Below are positions 46,407-62,704 of a stretch of DNA of 64,000 nucleotides, one piece after another. The position numbers and the translations under genes are program-made. Source of the DNA: Tubulanus polymorphus. Its lineage: Eukaryota; Animalia; Nemertea. Numbering within the stretch: position 1 is the stretch's first letter; the number at the start of each line of letters is the position of its first letter. Under the pieces are notes generated by a model. That model was not told the DNA's origin, ran no database searches, and saw only the letters and a program-made list of their open reading frames with translations. The stretch covers positions 18,004,560 to 18,068,559 of the forward strand of contig NC_134027.1 in NCBI RefSeq assembly GCF_964204645.1, written 5' to 3'.

Positions 46407-49400
46407 TCATCAGCCGGCCTCAGTGACACCAACGCCGGCATCGCTCTCTGCGACGTTTTGATGCGTACATGCATCAGAGCTTGGAGCTCTACGATCAGAG
46501 GGTCTTGCAATTGCATTCAGAAAAATCGTTCTGTTTATGTTTTCATTATTCAGTGGGGCTTAACAGTTCATGCGTAAAAATGGGTTTTTGTATCCAAATC
46601 TTGATTGATATAAACATTATGAGAATGCCGGTTTGCTAGCGTATCTATTTAACACCCGTATTGCTCGGGTTAGTTTTACTACCAACGAGTGGCGCTGTAT
46701 GTAAATTTCACATAAATCAACGACTTTCGGCTATTAGCGCTACTTAAGACCACTTGAAAACGTAGTCAATTACGGTAGTAGTGAACATAAAAAGATACAG
46801 TACAAAGATACAGTACGGTGTACAGTTAAGGACATGATTCCATAGGACCCATACCAGAGACATTTAGTTCAGACAAGGACTATTAATTAAACACTAATCT
46901 TCATTTTCAGCAATTAATGATCTGGTGAATTAATTAGTGATTCGGTCTTTCGGTGGTTCGAGATAAAATGCCCGCAAAATAAGAACCTAACGAACCAGGG
47001 CTGACCACAAATTGCCCAACAGATAAATTTTCGAAACGACACAATCCAATCATGTTTGGTATCAAATGTGGCGTGGACCATGGTCTTTTAACTGACCAAT
47101 GCATGACCAGTACTGACCATATAGTAAATTATTTGTTTTGCAAACAATTAAGTTCTTTGGTGTCAAATAACTAGATATGATGTGGGCATTAATCTAAAAA
47201 TTGTTTAACTGACCAATGCTTGACCAGTACTGACCAGTTACCAGTGCTAACCAGAACCCCCATAAGTAATTTATATGTTTATTGAATCCTTCGTTAGTAC
47301 TACTAGCTCTTACATTTAAACTTGAAAAAGTCTTGTCCGATTTTTTGTTGTAGGTAGCGAGCTAACTTTGAAATTCCGCTAAAATTCATTAGATGTTTAC
47401 GTAGGGTTTTGAACGAACAACGTTTCCATTTGTAATTGTAACGTGCACATTTGAGCCTGTAATGTGCACATTTCACTCACGTGAACGTGCGCATCGGTAC
47501 CAACATGCGAGACTTGTCAAACTTTTACGATCAAGACTTTTAAACTGAACAAAGAACACATCATATCATATTATATATACATGAATAGATGGAATGATAA
47601 TGTAGTAGTTTGAAATGTTTCGTAGCTGCTGTCCACTGACCACAGATCAAAGCTAATTGCCTGATATGAAATATATTTTTGTTATAGAGATGTAGTAGAT
47701 TAGTGAGAATTCAAACTTATGGTTAATTTGGAGTGATCACAACGCTAACCAATAGAGAAAGATGTAAGGCCTAAGAAAAGATGCATTAAGTATAACATAT
47801 CTTTCAATATAATGATGAAGTATTCAACTGGCCATCACAACAATAGTTTGACTTATCTTATTGAAAAATACCGGAGTGTTAATGGGAAAACCTTGAATTC
47901 GAAACAATTCCACACTCAATCGTTTACTTTGAAAACACAATTTGCATTTTGTGGACATGTATTTTTTTCTGCACCAAAAGCATGAAGTATATATCTTTGC
48001 TTGTAAAAATTTGAAATTTTGGGGAAGATTTTTGGCCTCGTTAACCTGTGAGCACGTCCTTCATATATTTTCTAAGACCGACCCTTGAAATAATGCTGAG
48101 AGTTTCGAGGATAAGTTTGGTAGGATGTAAACTTAGGCTGCTTCGTATCCGTGGAGGGTTGCTAATTATTGATTCTATACACAATAATCATAAGTACCAT
48201 GAGATTCGATAGAATATCGTTTTTCAATCATACGTACACGAATTATCGCGATATAAAGATAAATAATATGTTCATATACTTTTTATGTCTTATACTGTAT
48301 ATTTCTTTAGTAGTATAAATAAAGAGTGGATCAGCAGGCCACCTGAGACCATTCCACTATCTAAGGTCAGTTGCCAAAAGTTAGTAAGTTTACCAGTGGA
48401 TAGTTAATATTTTTAATGACAATTAAATTTTCATTGCTAAAATAACTTTGTACTTGTTGACTCAAAAGCAGAGAATTGAAAATACGATAATACGATACGA
48501 AAACTCAGTGTACAAATTCAAACATCTCTAGTGAGAGATCGAACGTTGTGTCGTAATTTTCTAATGATAAAACATGGTTTGAAATTTGAAATGTGTACAT
48601 AGTTGATCTTTTTCAGTGTATTTAGTCATGTATCATATTGGATGATGGTTAATTCAAACTATCTTTTGAGAAACGGGTCCCAGAGCTGTATCCTTTACTC
48701 CTGGAATAATAGAGGATGCAATCTATTTGCGACAAACAGCTAGTGCAAATAGCTAGAAAAGGTAACAATAGTGCATTGGCAAACTTAGAGCAAGCGTACA
48801 TTGGTTGTTTAGGTTTTTCGAAGGGGAGAATTTGTGGGAAAAATAATCATTACTGAGATATATCCGTGGCGAGCTAAAAGTTGAGCTGTACACAAGGAAT
48901 TTTGTGTAGTCCAATATCCGTGATTACCTCTGGCGTGGAGAGATACAATCTAAAACCAACCCTTGTGTCAAATATTTTACCACAATTTTTTATGATCAAT
49001 AAAAAGATTGAGTAATAGACATTCAAACAGTATTATCTAAATTCCACTCCATTTTAAACTCATTCATCTCTACACAAACTCCAACTTGTTGAACAGTCCA
49101 CATTAAAATTAGGGACCACTATTCTTGCTCATCTACACTGGCTACCAATCTAACAAAGGATTAAATTTGAGTGTTTGATGTTATAACAATACCAGACTGA
49201 ATTATGGATTCGGTTTCTACTTTTTAATTGAACATTTATATCACATATTGGGCATCATTTTTACCAGTGTATTTGGAATAACCTATCCATATATCATGTT
49301 CAATTTTATATAATCTGACTTGAGATGTCATTCAATCAATGCATTCACATGCGGTCGTCGCTTTCAATAGCCACCACGGACTGGCTCCTTATTATTTCTT

Positions 49401-52400
49401 TGGCGATACCATTGGCGGACGATCCCACACGTTTCTTGCTCCAGCCCTAGAATGCTCAATATTCGTCATGAACCCCGATTTGAATTTAAATTCAAAATAC
49501 TCCTAAAACACACGTGTTAACTAGATTACTCTAAAACACCTTTATGTGCAAGAATCAGCGAAATTGGAATTTTATCAGTTGTATTCATCATTCGTACCCA
49601 CGAATCTCGTATCGTATCCTATGAATGTGGAGACCCATCCTCGTAAAGAGAATGAATAGGCTCTGTTGCGTTCATATCATACGTGTTATCTTCAATTGAA
49701 ATCACGTTGTTTTTTTAAAGGGTGGGCGAGAATATATTCTTATGTTTTTGTTTCTCTGAATGTTGCTATTTAAGAGTTCAATAATTTCAGTCTACCAAAC
49801 AAAGGATTTTCCGTATGTTTCGTGACTTGTTTTTCCATAACCCTAGGAGAGCATTTTAGGTATTTTTTGCGGATGACCGAAAGCTGCTCTCCCTTTCTAG
49901 TAATTTGATGATATCCGTCGAAATCTAAATTCTAAAAAGGAATCAGGCATATCTTCTTGTTTGACTAAATATGAACTCAACAACAAGTGACACTCCCTTC
50001 AAAGGCGCCGAAGTAAAATCATGTGTCGAGTGGAGATGATATTGTGTCAGAATTTCTTCAAAATTGGAGAAAATTGAATATTTTGAAAATAATCATTTTA
50101 CATGTATGTTTAAATCCGTTTTAAATGGAGCAATTTTCATGAAAAAATATCTATGGAATCAGCGAAATGTAATTAAGAAGAATACTATGTTTAAAAAGTT
50201 ATCAAAGACATTTGAAAAAAGTTTTCTGAATTCGTCAACTGTTAAACTAGTAACAACCAGATGTGTTCCCATTAAACCACCGACCGCGAGCCGAGTCGAT
50301 GTGAGATGTGCCCTACACTGAAAATCTCAAGTGCTATACAACCGGTTTTTTAGGTGCCTCTGAATGTCGGCCGTTAAAAAACTGAACAATTCCCATTTGG
50401 AAAGGGCCTAGGTAGTTAGAGAAAATTCAAGATGTGTATATCGTGTGATACAGGCTCCATATTTCATGTGCGTTTGGAATTTAACCTCGTTTATAACGAA
50501 ACACGCATGTATTTATGCTATTTTAGATTTAAAAAGAGCGCACGAAAGTGTTTCATGAGACCCGCAAATAACGTCAAGTTATTCATGCACTTCTGATTTA
50601 TATGAATAAATTTCGCTTCGAAATACATTTCTCAGGTGGATTATTCAATAAATTCACAACAGTCCATTATGGATTAGTTTGACGCCAATCGTTCTTTTAA
50701 AGATCTTTCTTTCTCGAAGTAAGATTTTCTTAAAAACTTTGATTATGGCGAATCTTTTATGTGTCCGATAGTTAAACCTTCGGGTATTATACTAGAACAC
50801 AAATTTTTAAAGATTCATAACATACTGTAGGCTATCACAGTTTATACCCGAACATATGCAGTTGGATAGATCTTTTTGTTTCGACTCGCATGCGACAGTA
50901 AAAACGGTACTTGATATAATATAAGTGAACTTCATCATTGATATTTTCACTAATCTACTTGAATTCCAAAAAAGAACTGACAATGAAAAAGGGTTACAGC
51001 TGTGACTGATATCACTCCAAATTTCAATTCCTATGAACACTTTTCATTTTAACTTTTTTTAACGAAACAGTTTTTAGAGGCGAAGAATCCGCGTTACCAT
51101 CGAATTTTCAAAACTTGAAGGAATGTTTAATGCCTCGGTGACCACTGGTCTAGTACGCGGTTTTCTGAAATGAAAGTGGCCAAGTCTAAAGAACAACTAT
51201 TGTATCACATGATTTCAAATATTAGGAACCCAATGCGTTTAATGATTTAATTAATTGGTATCGCGCAGATTGGTTGAAAGACGGGTGTTTGTCACCTTGT
51301 GATTTAATTTTTTTTCATGCATCGATTAATTAATCTCATTATAACTTATTTGTAGGCGCTTCCCGCAAACATTTTCTATTCGTTGAGTTTTCAAACGCAG
51401 TACTGTTCAGATGATTCGAGTCAAGTAGTAAAAAAGTTTACGTATTAGCATTACTATGCAGTGAAAATAACGCACTGCGGCAAGTGAGGTGCTGTGATCC
51501 AGATGTGTAACCCATTTATGGGTAATAAATTTCCATCATGTCAACGCCATTCAAAAACAGTAGCAAAACTTTCTGCTGGTTTCTAGAAATAACAATACGA
51601 CGACAAGCACTTTCGAATTCGACCACGATATTTGAGAAGTTTCACTTGGGCAGTGGTGGTCAGTGATGGTCAATTTATGAATTTTAATGACGAATCCTTT
51701 CTAGTTTCACACCAAATGCGGTACCGGTATATCGTTCTTTCAAGAAGTTTCAATTGGTCAGTGATGGTCAGTGATGAATTTGCAATGATGATTCCTTAGT
51801 AGTTTGAAATCAAACATTACATGATAAATTTCCGAAATTCGAAGTCAAGTGTTCAGACTCGGGGATATCTCAATTGGTCAGTTACTGACCATCATGGTGT
51901 CACCATTGTGGTCTATAGCTCAAATGAAACATGTGGAACCGACGATGGGGCCCAAAAGCGTTAAGTCATTTCCTGAGTGACGTGATCCAAAAATGCCCTA
52001 ACTGGCAAAGGCATTCTCTCAATTGGATGAAACCAAATCGGACAGGACAATTAAAATGTGGGAAGGTCACAGGTAGTGGTCTTTTTACGAAGCCCACGCG
52101 GTGAGCGTATTATTATGAAATCTTTTTTTAAAGCACCATGTACCACGAAGTAATAAGCATCGTTGTAAGCACTTGAAACAGCCATTAACCACTTGAAACT
52201 GTCAGATCAAATATCATACCGCATCCCCGCAAAGAGGGGTGGTTCAGCAAACCGGAGTTTTCATTGGCCTCTCTAGACTACCCCGCCAGTACGGGTAGCC
52301 GAGCAAACCGGAAAACTCATAATGTATCTTGGCTGGGACATGATGGAAAACATCAGAATAAACTAGTTTCGTCTTTTGAACAGACTCGCATTAATGAGGT

Positions 52401-54715
52401 TTAACAGTACAAATAGCCTAGGCTTAATCGTTCGGCAGAAAATAAATTCATTTTCAGGAATAAAATCGTACTAGACAAATAGACCTTTTAGTCTGTGGTC
52501 CTTCAAATCAACATCGTCATAGAAGATTTGCCGGCAGATGTAAAACATTATAACCACTTAATACCACAGTATAATCTACCAATGCTTCAAGGCCCATGGG
52601 CCTCTTGTTTGTAGTTATTACGAAATAGGGAAAGGGGGTTATTAAATATGAAACCTTTAAACATATTTAAATGCAGTAATTCATTTTCACAACAACGCTG
52701 TGAGTATAAGACATCCGAAAGGGGTTATTAGTATTAATCTATATTTAACAACAACGCTGTGAGTTTGGGAAGTGAAATACAAACCACTTCTCAAACTCAC
52801 AAGCAATGATTTGACTCATGCTAAATTTAAGCATAAACCTGGTTCAACTTCAAGTTAATTATGTTTTACGCTAGATATCTTTTAGATAACAAAATGAAGA
52901 CCATTTGAATCAAGAAAGTGAAGATGGATGTGGAACCAGAAATTATGGATATTTCATCTCAAGAGACCGAAGCTGTTTCATCATGCTTTATTATATATGC
53001 CGGAATTGCAGTTGCGCGTACATTCGTCGTTCGGCTGTTGTTAATGGTGACAGCTGTTCTGTATTGATTGGTTACTGTTAACTGGTATTAAGCAATAACC
53101 GGTCTTATCGGACCGCTTCTATACATTAGTCGTTCGGTCGTTGTTGATGGAAACGACTGTTCTGTATTGATTGGTTACAGTTCTGTGTTTGAATGTTGTT
53201 GTTTACAGAATAAAAATATAACTGTGTATTGCGCAATATGCGGTCCTATCGGACTGCTTTTCTATTGTTTGAATGTTGTTGTTTACAGGATAAAAATATA
53301 ACTGTGATTACGCAATAACCGGTCCTATAGGACCGCTTTTCTATTGTTCTCAATTATTCTATCTTCGATCGCTACAATTTGCATAATAAATATACGTGTT
53401 TACGAAATAGAAATACACTCAGCGTTTTCGTTAAATTTATTTTCAGTTTGAGGATTTATTATCGAGGATCCGAAATTACTTATCTGGACAGTTATAGTTA
53501 CCGCTCCTATAGATAGACCAAAGTAGTGAGATAATCTAAACCCTAATTTAAATAAAAATATCAAAAATTACATAACTTCAACTAGCTATTGAATTCTTTT
53601 ATATTTTTATTCAAAATCTAATATTTCTTTTCAAAAGGAGAATACTTTATATCACAAATACAAAATATTAAAAAACAATAACTTCAAATAGCTATTCAAA
53701 TCTAGTTAATACTAGAATTCTTTAACTTAACTAAGCTAGTATTAACTAAAGAGTTACTTGTATCATTTTATAATATTTTTTTTCGCTTTTTTCTCTAATA
53801 TAAATGTCAAAGAAATTTGATATTGAAAAGACAATTGAAGATTTAGGTATTACAGATAATAAAGATACAGTTGTTTGTAATTGTGCTCAAGTTGATAATA
53901 ATATTGATTACGAGAACTACATATTGTAAGCACCATCTTGAACTATTGATTGCTGGCGGCAAATATAAAGAATTCTTAAATAGAATTAGATAACAGGAAA
54001 CCAGAAAAAGTAATCAAACATTTCAAAATATATGAAGAAGCTAGATTAGCTAGAATAAATGATTCTATCAGTGATGGAATAGTAAAATGTTATTCTAAAT
54101 TATGTAACCGAATGATACCAATTGATGATGAAAATAAACTATACACTGATTTAAAAAAAGACTGCTTAGTTATGACAGAATTACAAAAATGGGTTGGATA
54201 TGCTTCATTCCAATTAGGCGGAATAATGACATTAATTTCTACTGGCGTAATAACATTTTCTTATATCAAACCTATAGTATGTAAAGATAAAAGTAAATCA
54301 GAAGATATTGAATCAGAACAAAAATTAAGTAAAATAAATGAGTGATGATATTAAGAAGAAGCCTAGATCTGAAAAACAAGTACATTGGGCAAAGGAGTTG
54401 GGAAAAAGATCTGCAGAATAGAAAATAGCTAAGAAAAAGAAATTAACTGATACAAATGAACCACAGAAATTATCTGATATTAATTCGAATGATAATCCAT
54501 CTGATTCTTCTAATACTGGAAGAGATAATTACTTATATATTACAATTAGGTTAATCGCAGTAATTGTGTTCTCTGGTGTAATATATAAATCTAAGTATAA
54601 ATCTGATGATAACGGAAATGGTAATGATGATTATAAACCTATTATACCAGAAACTAAATCAAATGATAAAATCATTGAAAATAAACCAAGATTATTATTG
54701 ATGGATTAAAATAAG

Positions 54716-55737
54716 ATGAAAAAAGAACAATATTTAAGAGATTTATATTATAACCCAGAGAGTGAAGTATCATATTCTAGCGTTACAGAATCATGGGATA
54801 AAATTAAATCTGATAATGAAAATATAAAATATAGTGAACTAAGATTATGGTTACAAAATCAACCCACATATCAAATCCATAAGAAAATAAAAAATCATTT
54901 AACAAAGAAAAGTTATGGTTTCATATATTGATCAACAATGGCAAGCAGATTTAATTGACATGTAGAACTTAGAAGAACACAACAAAGGATATTTCTGGAT
55001 ATTAAATGTTATAGATATATTCAGTAGATACGCATGGCCAATTCCAATCAAAAATAAAACTGGTATAGAAGTTACTAATGCTTTTAAAACAATATTTAAA
55101 GAAGCTATTCCAGGTAAGATACAATTTGATTGTATTTGTATTTTTCAGATAAAAAAGCATCTATCATAGAAAAATTTAATAAAACATTGAAAACTAGAAT
55201 GTGGAATTATTTTACTGCTAATGAAACATATAAATATATCGATGTATTAGATGATTTAGTGAAAGGTTATAATAATTCGAAACATTCAAGTATTGGTATG
55301 AAACCTATACAAGCTAGAAAAGAAGATAATTCAGAAATAGTTTGGAACAATTTATATGGTGCGTTTGTTACACATGGTTTTGGAGAACCTAAATTTAAAA
55401 TTGGACAACATGTTAGAATTTCTAAATATAGAAAAACATTTTATAAAGGTTATACTCCAAATTTTACTGAAGAAATATTTAAAGTTAAAAAGATAATACT
55501 AGCTTAACCTTTTGTTTATAAATTAGAAGATTTAAAAGATGAAGAAATATTAGGTTATTTTTATGAACAAGAATTATCACTTGTACCAAATCCAGATGAA
55601 ATAGAATACAAGATAGAAAAAGTATTAAAAACAAAAACTCTTAGAGAAAAAAGTATTCTTTGGTGAAATATAAAGGGTATGATCATAGATTTAATGAATG
55701 GATTTTATCTAGTAAAATTAAAAGAATAAATGAATAA
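54716..55737 (+). pseudogene. DDE integrase (multiple disruptions)
   Basis: Collinear with 30812-31882. Confidence 0.85.
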
Positions 55738-56338
55738 AGATTTATATTTATATTTGAACTGGATAATATGTTAGTTACTGGAGTAACAAACTGTGGTAAA
55801 ACGCATTTCATATTAGATTTGTTAAAAACTATTTATAAAAATCATTTTGATACTATAATATTGTTCTGCCCTACTTATGAAATGAATAAAACGTATAATA
55901 GGGATATAGTTAACATGGAAAAGTTTATTATATTAGATCCTAAAACAGTAAAAGAAAATTTAGATAATTGTATAAAAATAGCAATTGATATTTATAAAGG
56001 ATCAAATTATTCATTATATATGATTAGGCTAATTTACATGATTACAAGTTAGAGAAAGTGAGTTGTGTTATTTAGCTAGCCCTGGGAGACATTTTGGGAT
56101 AACAACTTGGGTTTTAAATTAAAAATATAATTCAATTGTTAAAGATTTTAGGGAGAATATTAGATTTTTAGTTTTATTTTATAACAAAGCTAGAAAATCT
56201 ATGCAACAATCTCTGGAAGAAAATCAAATTATACCTACTGAATTACATGATGAATATATGAATAAATTAAAAAGTAATAAAGGTTCAAAATTATTACTGA
56301 GACTACAATTTCCTTATGAATATAAATTTATAAGATAG
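55730..56338 (+). pseudogene. Packaging ATPase (disrupted)
   Basis: GVTNCGKT. Confidence 0.85.
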
Positions 56339-56657
56339 GGTATTTTAAGCATTTATGTGTTAGATATGTATAAGATACGTATTAGATACCTTAATACTTA
56401 TTAGATACCTATTAAATACGTATTAGATACCTTAATACTTAAATTAAAACCCCCTTTTTTAAAATATATATTATTCATTTTAATTTTTCAACTAATATAT
56501 GAATAAGTTTAAAAATAATAAAAGTTATATAAATTAATACATATTAGATACATAAATACTTAAATACGTATAAGATACCTCAATACGTATTAGATACCTA
56601 AATACTTAAAACCCCTATTTTATGAAGTATTATTTTATACCATTTTCAACTAATATA

Positions 56658-57541
56658 TTATGTGAGTTTGTAATAATTAACATCATTTTCATCACCATCC
56701 TCCAATTCATCATCAGACTCAAAAATTTTATTCAACCTATCTACCGGGTCATCAGTAGTTTCTTCATTATAATCCTTTTTCATCCTATCTACCGCATCAT
56801 TAATAGTTACTACTTTCCGTTTCGTCCAATCTGTATCTATATTTTCTGCTTTCAGTTTCATATAATCTTCATTATCAATATGATTATCTGTAACTGTATT
56901 TCTTTATCCTCTTTCTCAGTGTTTGACGTTAATATTTTATTTACAATGTTTGATCCTAATATTTTATTAGCATCAGTTAAATCTAATTCATCTTTACTGA
57001 GTTCAGGTTCCTTTGATAAAAATTCGCCTAATAAATCTTTATATAAATCCTTACCATTTACTTTTTTATTTTAAACAAACTTTGTTGCATATCTAAATGG
57101 GTGTTCTATAAATTCTCTTAAACCAACGCGTTTTATAACATTAGTAATATGAACAGCTGTATTCATATGGTTATTCCAATTTGATGGACTGTTTGAAAAT
57201 TCACCTTTACAATAACCACAATAATTTCTATTTTCACTATAATTTAATATTATTTCATTATTATATGCAGAAGGTAAAACGTTATCAGATGTAGAAGGCA
57301 AAACATTTTCCGATGTAGAAGGTATAACATTATCAGATGTAGAAGGAATAACATTATTATCAAGTTCATTACTTAAATTATCAACAACGGCACTTTTATT
57401 ACTATATATTTTACTTATTCTATATTTGAATTGATTAAAGTATTTTCCAAAATACTTACTATATTCATCATAAGGTATAATATAATATATATCTGATATC
57501 ATTTCACATGGACATTGTATTTCATATATTCCTCCTTCCAT
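56658..57541 (-). pseudogene. Accessory repeat/zinc-finger protein (disrupted)
   Basis: Homolog of 92-937; 4 repeat copies; different N-terminus. Confidence 0.7.
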
Positions 57542-57574
57542 TTATTATAAAATTTTTTATTAAAATCAAAATTC

Positions 57575-58518
57575 TAATACATAACACTATTCAATTGAGA
57601 ATTTATAATTTTTTATTGCGCATCAGATATAATATAACTGTGCATTTTGAAATTTTTGATTCCGTTTTTCTTTTTCATGAATAATTGTTTTCCATCTTTA
57701 GTGTTCTGTAGTTTTTTCCCAGAACCATGTAATAAGTTATCTTCAGTTGTTCTAAAATCTAACCATAGCGCATATTTATTACCGGTATAATAATCTATTT
57801 GGTTTATATTACAATCCTCAGTTAACTTACTTTTTTCATTCATAAAATGTTTTTTAATTTCTGGCCATTGATCAATCAGTCTCATTCCCTGACAAAATAT
57901 CTTATTTGCTATACCTTCGATTGCTATATTTCTACTTTTGATATTTCCGGATTATGATTATTATCAACATTTATTGCACCATTAGAATATGTTGCAATGG
58001 TAAAAAATATTAATACGCCTTTAATAGATCTTCTTGGGAAGTTTATATTCTCATTAATTATTTCATCATTTGCATTAATAGGTACGACTCAAAATTTTTC
58101 AATATAATCATATAATAATGAAAATCCTTGATCATATTGAGTTTGAAATGTGCTAGCAATATTTTTATCAGTTACTGTGTCATATTCTAAACATATATTT
58201 GATAATTTATAGCCTATATCTTTAACTACACTTGATAATACAATTTCATTAACAGGGGCAAATGTAATTTCGAATATAATATCTTCTTGTATAGCATATT
58301 TATATAAAGGCGAATTATTATTTATCTTATTTGCTTCCATAAATCTTTTTTATCAAATTATCTGTAGCATTATTTACTACTGCATTATTAGCTTCTGATC
58401 TTAATTTATTTTGGTTTTCTGATTGGATGCCTTGAAATATCATATTATTTCTATTTTCTTTTGTTAACCATAAATCTTTGTAATGCATAAATAAATTATA
58501 ATCTTCTAATGAAAAACC
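57575..58518 (-). pseudogene. Major capsid protein, 5'-truncated and disrupted
   Basis: Collinear with 33817-34790. Confidence 0.75.
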
Positions 58519-58527
58519 TTATATTGT

Positions 58528-59164
58528 GGCTCACCAAAATCATCTACAAGAAATGCCCCATATAAATTATTCCAAACAATTTCAGCATTTTCAGGTTTTC
58601 TAGCATCAATAGGTTTCATTCCAATTGATGAATGGTAAGAATTATTATAGCCTTCTATTAATTATGGTAAATCATCAATCCATTCATAAGTATTATTTGC
58701 TGTGAAATATTTTGATATTCTGGTTCTTAATGTTGTATTAAATCGTTCAACAATTGCTGCTTTCTTATCCGATGTTGTTGGAAAAGATTTAATATCATGA
58801 AAATCTAATAGCCCATGAACAAATGAATTATCAAATTCTTTTCCATCATCAAATTGTACTTTTTTCTGGTTTCAGTTTACCACCTGAAAAAAAATTTTCT
58901 TAAAATATTTGATGTTTGTACAGAATCTTTTCTGTAGAGTGGGAAGCTCCATACATAACGGCTAAAAATATCAATTATATTTAATAACCACCAATAATCA
59001 TTATTATCGTTTTTGTAAAGATTTTTCATATCAATCAAATCTCCCTGCCATTGTTGCTCTATATAACTTACCATAGTTTTACGAGTTTTATATTTTCTAA
59101 CAATTTCTTTTACGTGTTGTATATGTTGGCTGCTCTAACATAAATTCATTTATATCTTTATATT

Positions 59165-59165
<1 letters not shown>
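58528..59165 (-). pseudogene. Second, B-type integrase fragment
   Basis: Closely matches 10840-11470 (WQGDLID, IFSRYVWSFPLYRKD). Confidence 0.85.
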
Positions 59166-59759
<594 letters not shown>

Positions 59760-59760
<1 letters not shown>

Positions 59761-61531
59761 TATCAAATGATGTATTTAAATTTCCAATTATTGGGGATCC
59801 TGCTTCTTGAGCGCCTAGAATACATATCAAATAAGTTCTTATTGATTGATTCATTCTTTGTATACCAGCTTAAGTATATATACCAGCTTCACTATTTTCT
59901 AAAATAAAATAAACCCAACCATTATTGTTTTCTTGTTTTAAATTATCATAAAATTTCGGCAATTTATTGAGATTTAATGTTTCTAAATCCATAGTTTCTA
60001 TTTTACCATAACCTAATTTATTATTATAGATATTATAAAAACTATTAGATGGTATGGGAAGTGCACAATATTGTAAAATATTTTCAGGACAAGGTATTGA
60101 TCTTATTGTTCCAATTTTTGTTCTAAAACCAGAATTATTTATATCTTTATTAAACTCATTACAAATTTTTATAAAACTTTGATAAATTTATATTATTATC
60201 TAATTCTTTAAAATATCTAGATCCTGGTAAAGGGGTCTCCAATTCATTTAATATTAATCTTATTTGAAAGTATGTATGAAATCTAAATAAACTTTGAATT
60301 AATTTATATTTAGAATTATTCAAATGATCATTCCAACTTATTCCACATCCTGTTGTAGCACAATAAACTGCAAAATCTAATTGGTTCTGCCAATATTTCA
60401 TATTAGATTTTAATAACCATAGTTTTTCATCTTTCAATTTTTTGAAATTAATTATATTTACATGAAATATATTTGCCATCTTTGCTTTAAAATTATTAGT
60501 ATCAGTAACATAAATATCTAAATCAATTAATGAATCTAAAATTTCATTTCTATATGAAACATCTTCATTAAAATCTATTGCAGGAATATTATATTCAATT
60601 GATTTATTATATTGAAAAGCTTTTGAAAAACTAATTGCCATTTATATAATAAAAAAATTAATAATTTATTAATTCTTTTAATAATTTATCTTGTTCTTCA
60701 ATTGTTATATTACAATTTAAACTTATTATATAATCTAATGTATTTTTTTATTGATCAATTTCTTTTATATTAGATTTAATTTTTTCTTTATTACTTTTTA
60801 TATTTAATTTTGAACTTATTCCGGTTAAAACACTTGAACTTAATCCTAACACACCAATTGATATAGCTAAAGGAGTTAATGGTGAGAATATTGCTAAAAA
60901 TGTTATTAGAGAACTTATTGTAACTGAACCACTAATAATAAAATAATATATAATTTTAGATTTTAAATATTTTTGCTTTTTTATCTTTAAGTCACTTTCA
61001 AATTCTAATATTTGTTTTTCCAAATATATTTTTAATTTAGTTTTATTTATATCATGAGGAATAATATCAATATTATCAACTTTATCATCCATTATTTAGA
61101 AAAGAAATTACTAATTAGTAAATTTATATGCTACAAATAATACAATAACTGTTCCACCTAAAATCCAAATTATTTCATATTTTTGTTGTACTACTTGGTG
61201 TATAATAATCTGATAATTAAGGTTTAAATAGATGTAATTCTTCACGATTTGTTACTGCGTTATATAAACTCATAGCTTCATCAACTGATTGAAAATCTCT
61301 ATGTCTAATCTTCTGATTATATAATTCTTTATTGATGTAATCCATATAATTTTGTCTTTTTTCTCTATATTCTTCTGCAGCTTTATTGTATTTCTCTAAT
61401 GCTAAGTTATGTCTTCTTTGTTCTCCTAATGAACTATTTTTATCAATATGCTTAAACAAATGTCCGCCACCAGTAAATGCTAAAGCGTTAACAATTGCCG
61501 ATCCTATAATAGTTATAATTGCAGATGCCAT
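59760..61531 (-). pseudogene. Disrupted homologs of 36584-38769 (three genes)
   Basis: ORFs 60159-60641, 60748-61092 and 61217-61531 match genes in C and B. Confidence 0.75.
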
Positions 61532-61534
61532 TTA

Positions 61535-62446
61535 TGAGCTCTCGAGGAACGAGAGAGCTATTACGAGCGTGTCGGTATCCTGTTGTGTATGTTTACCGCG
61601 AACCAAAGCACACCATTTTTACAGCTATTGAATTATCGAAAGATCCGATAAATGGGGTTAAATCCGCTGCAAAAATAGATCCGGCAATTTGTATTCAAGA
61701 TTATTTCCGATTATATTGGGTTGAATGGTGATAGAAGTTGATATTGAAATGATTTTTGAATAATATTTTATTAATAATTCATTCGGATAGATTTATTTTA
61801 CAAGGTGAATTAATATGTGGATGACTACATCACTCGGGTGTGAACGGGCACCTTGCACCAAGGGTCGGTACCGTAGCAGTCTTAAATTCCTTGTTTTTTT
61901 GCTGGGAAAATCAGTGGGAGTCTTAAACTTCGAAAGGTTGGCGTGTGTTTATTCTCGTGTTATTTACTGCAGACGTATTGCGTAGCAGCTGTTGGCGTCT
62001 AGCCATACTACGCGAGGCAAGCGTGCGCTGGCAGATCACTAGTATCTCAAACTGCACACACTACAGTGACACAGTGGCATAGGCTCATATTGATGCGTGC
62101 GTTATGAATACGCGCGTTTTTCATACAGTGAAATAAGTTTTTTTGAATGAAGTTAACTATATCATAGATTTTCATTTAAGTTATTATCGTTCACATTATT
62201 ACTAAAAAGACTTTGAAAGTGATATACATTGGTCTGTCGATCTTTTTGTACTATAACCGGCCATAACAAATCGATCTGACGTATTTGTTTCTGCCTACCA
62301 CTGTCTTGAGGCGCCCAGTTCCACCGTAGCGGGGCAGTTGTGAAGCGAACAGATCTGCATAATTAAAAGAGTAAGAATGATCAATGTAATATGTTTTCAA
62401 TGATATTATTAAAAAAAACTTTGCCTCGAGAGCACAGGACCTCTAG
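61535..62446 (+). mobile_element. Non-autonomous Helentron/HINE-like insertion
   Basis: Absent at the homologous site of C (~38770); subterminal IR GCTCTCGAGG/CCTCGAGAGC, 5' hairpin, CTAG 3' end, T-rich target, no clear TSD. Confidence 0.65.
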
Positions 62447-62704
62447 TTTAGTAAAAAAATTACGCATTTATATAGGAGGAATATATTTTTGTTTTTCTAA
62501 ATAATCAATTGTTAAATTAGATAAAGTAACGTCTAATGTTAATTTTAAGATATCATTTATATCAAATCTATCAACATTAATACTTCCCATTTTAAATACT
62601 TTTTTTAATACCATTGTATAACCAACAGTTCCAACTGATAATAATGCTCCATTGCTCCATTAGATAACCCATTTATTATCTACTTATTATCACTCATTTA
62701 TTTA

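Noticed and set aside
45450-51040. Short ORFs in the host interval
   Set aside because: No motifs, no homologs within the window, lengths compatible with chance.
52613-52900. Possible left terminus of element D
   Set aside because: AGTTATTACGAAATAGGG only loosely resembles AGTAATAGG, and no partner TIR or TSD is available in the window.
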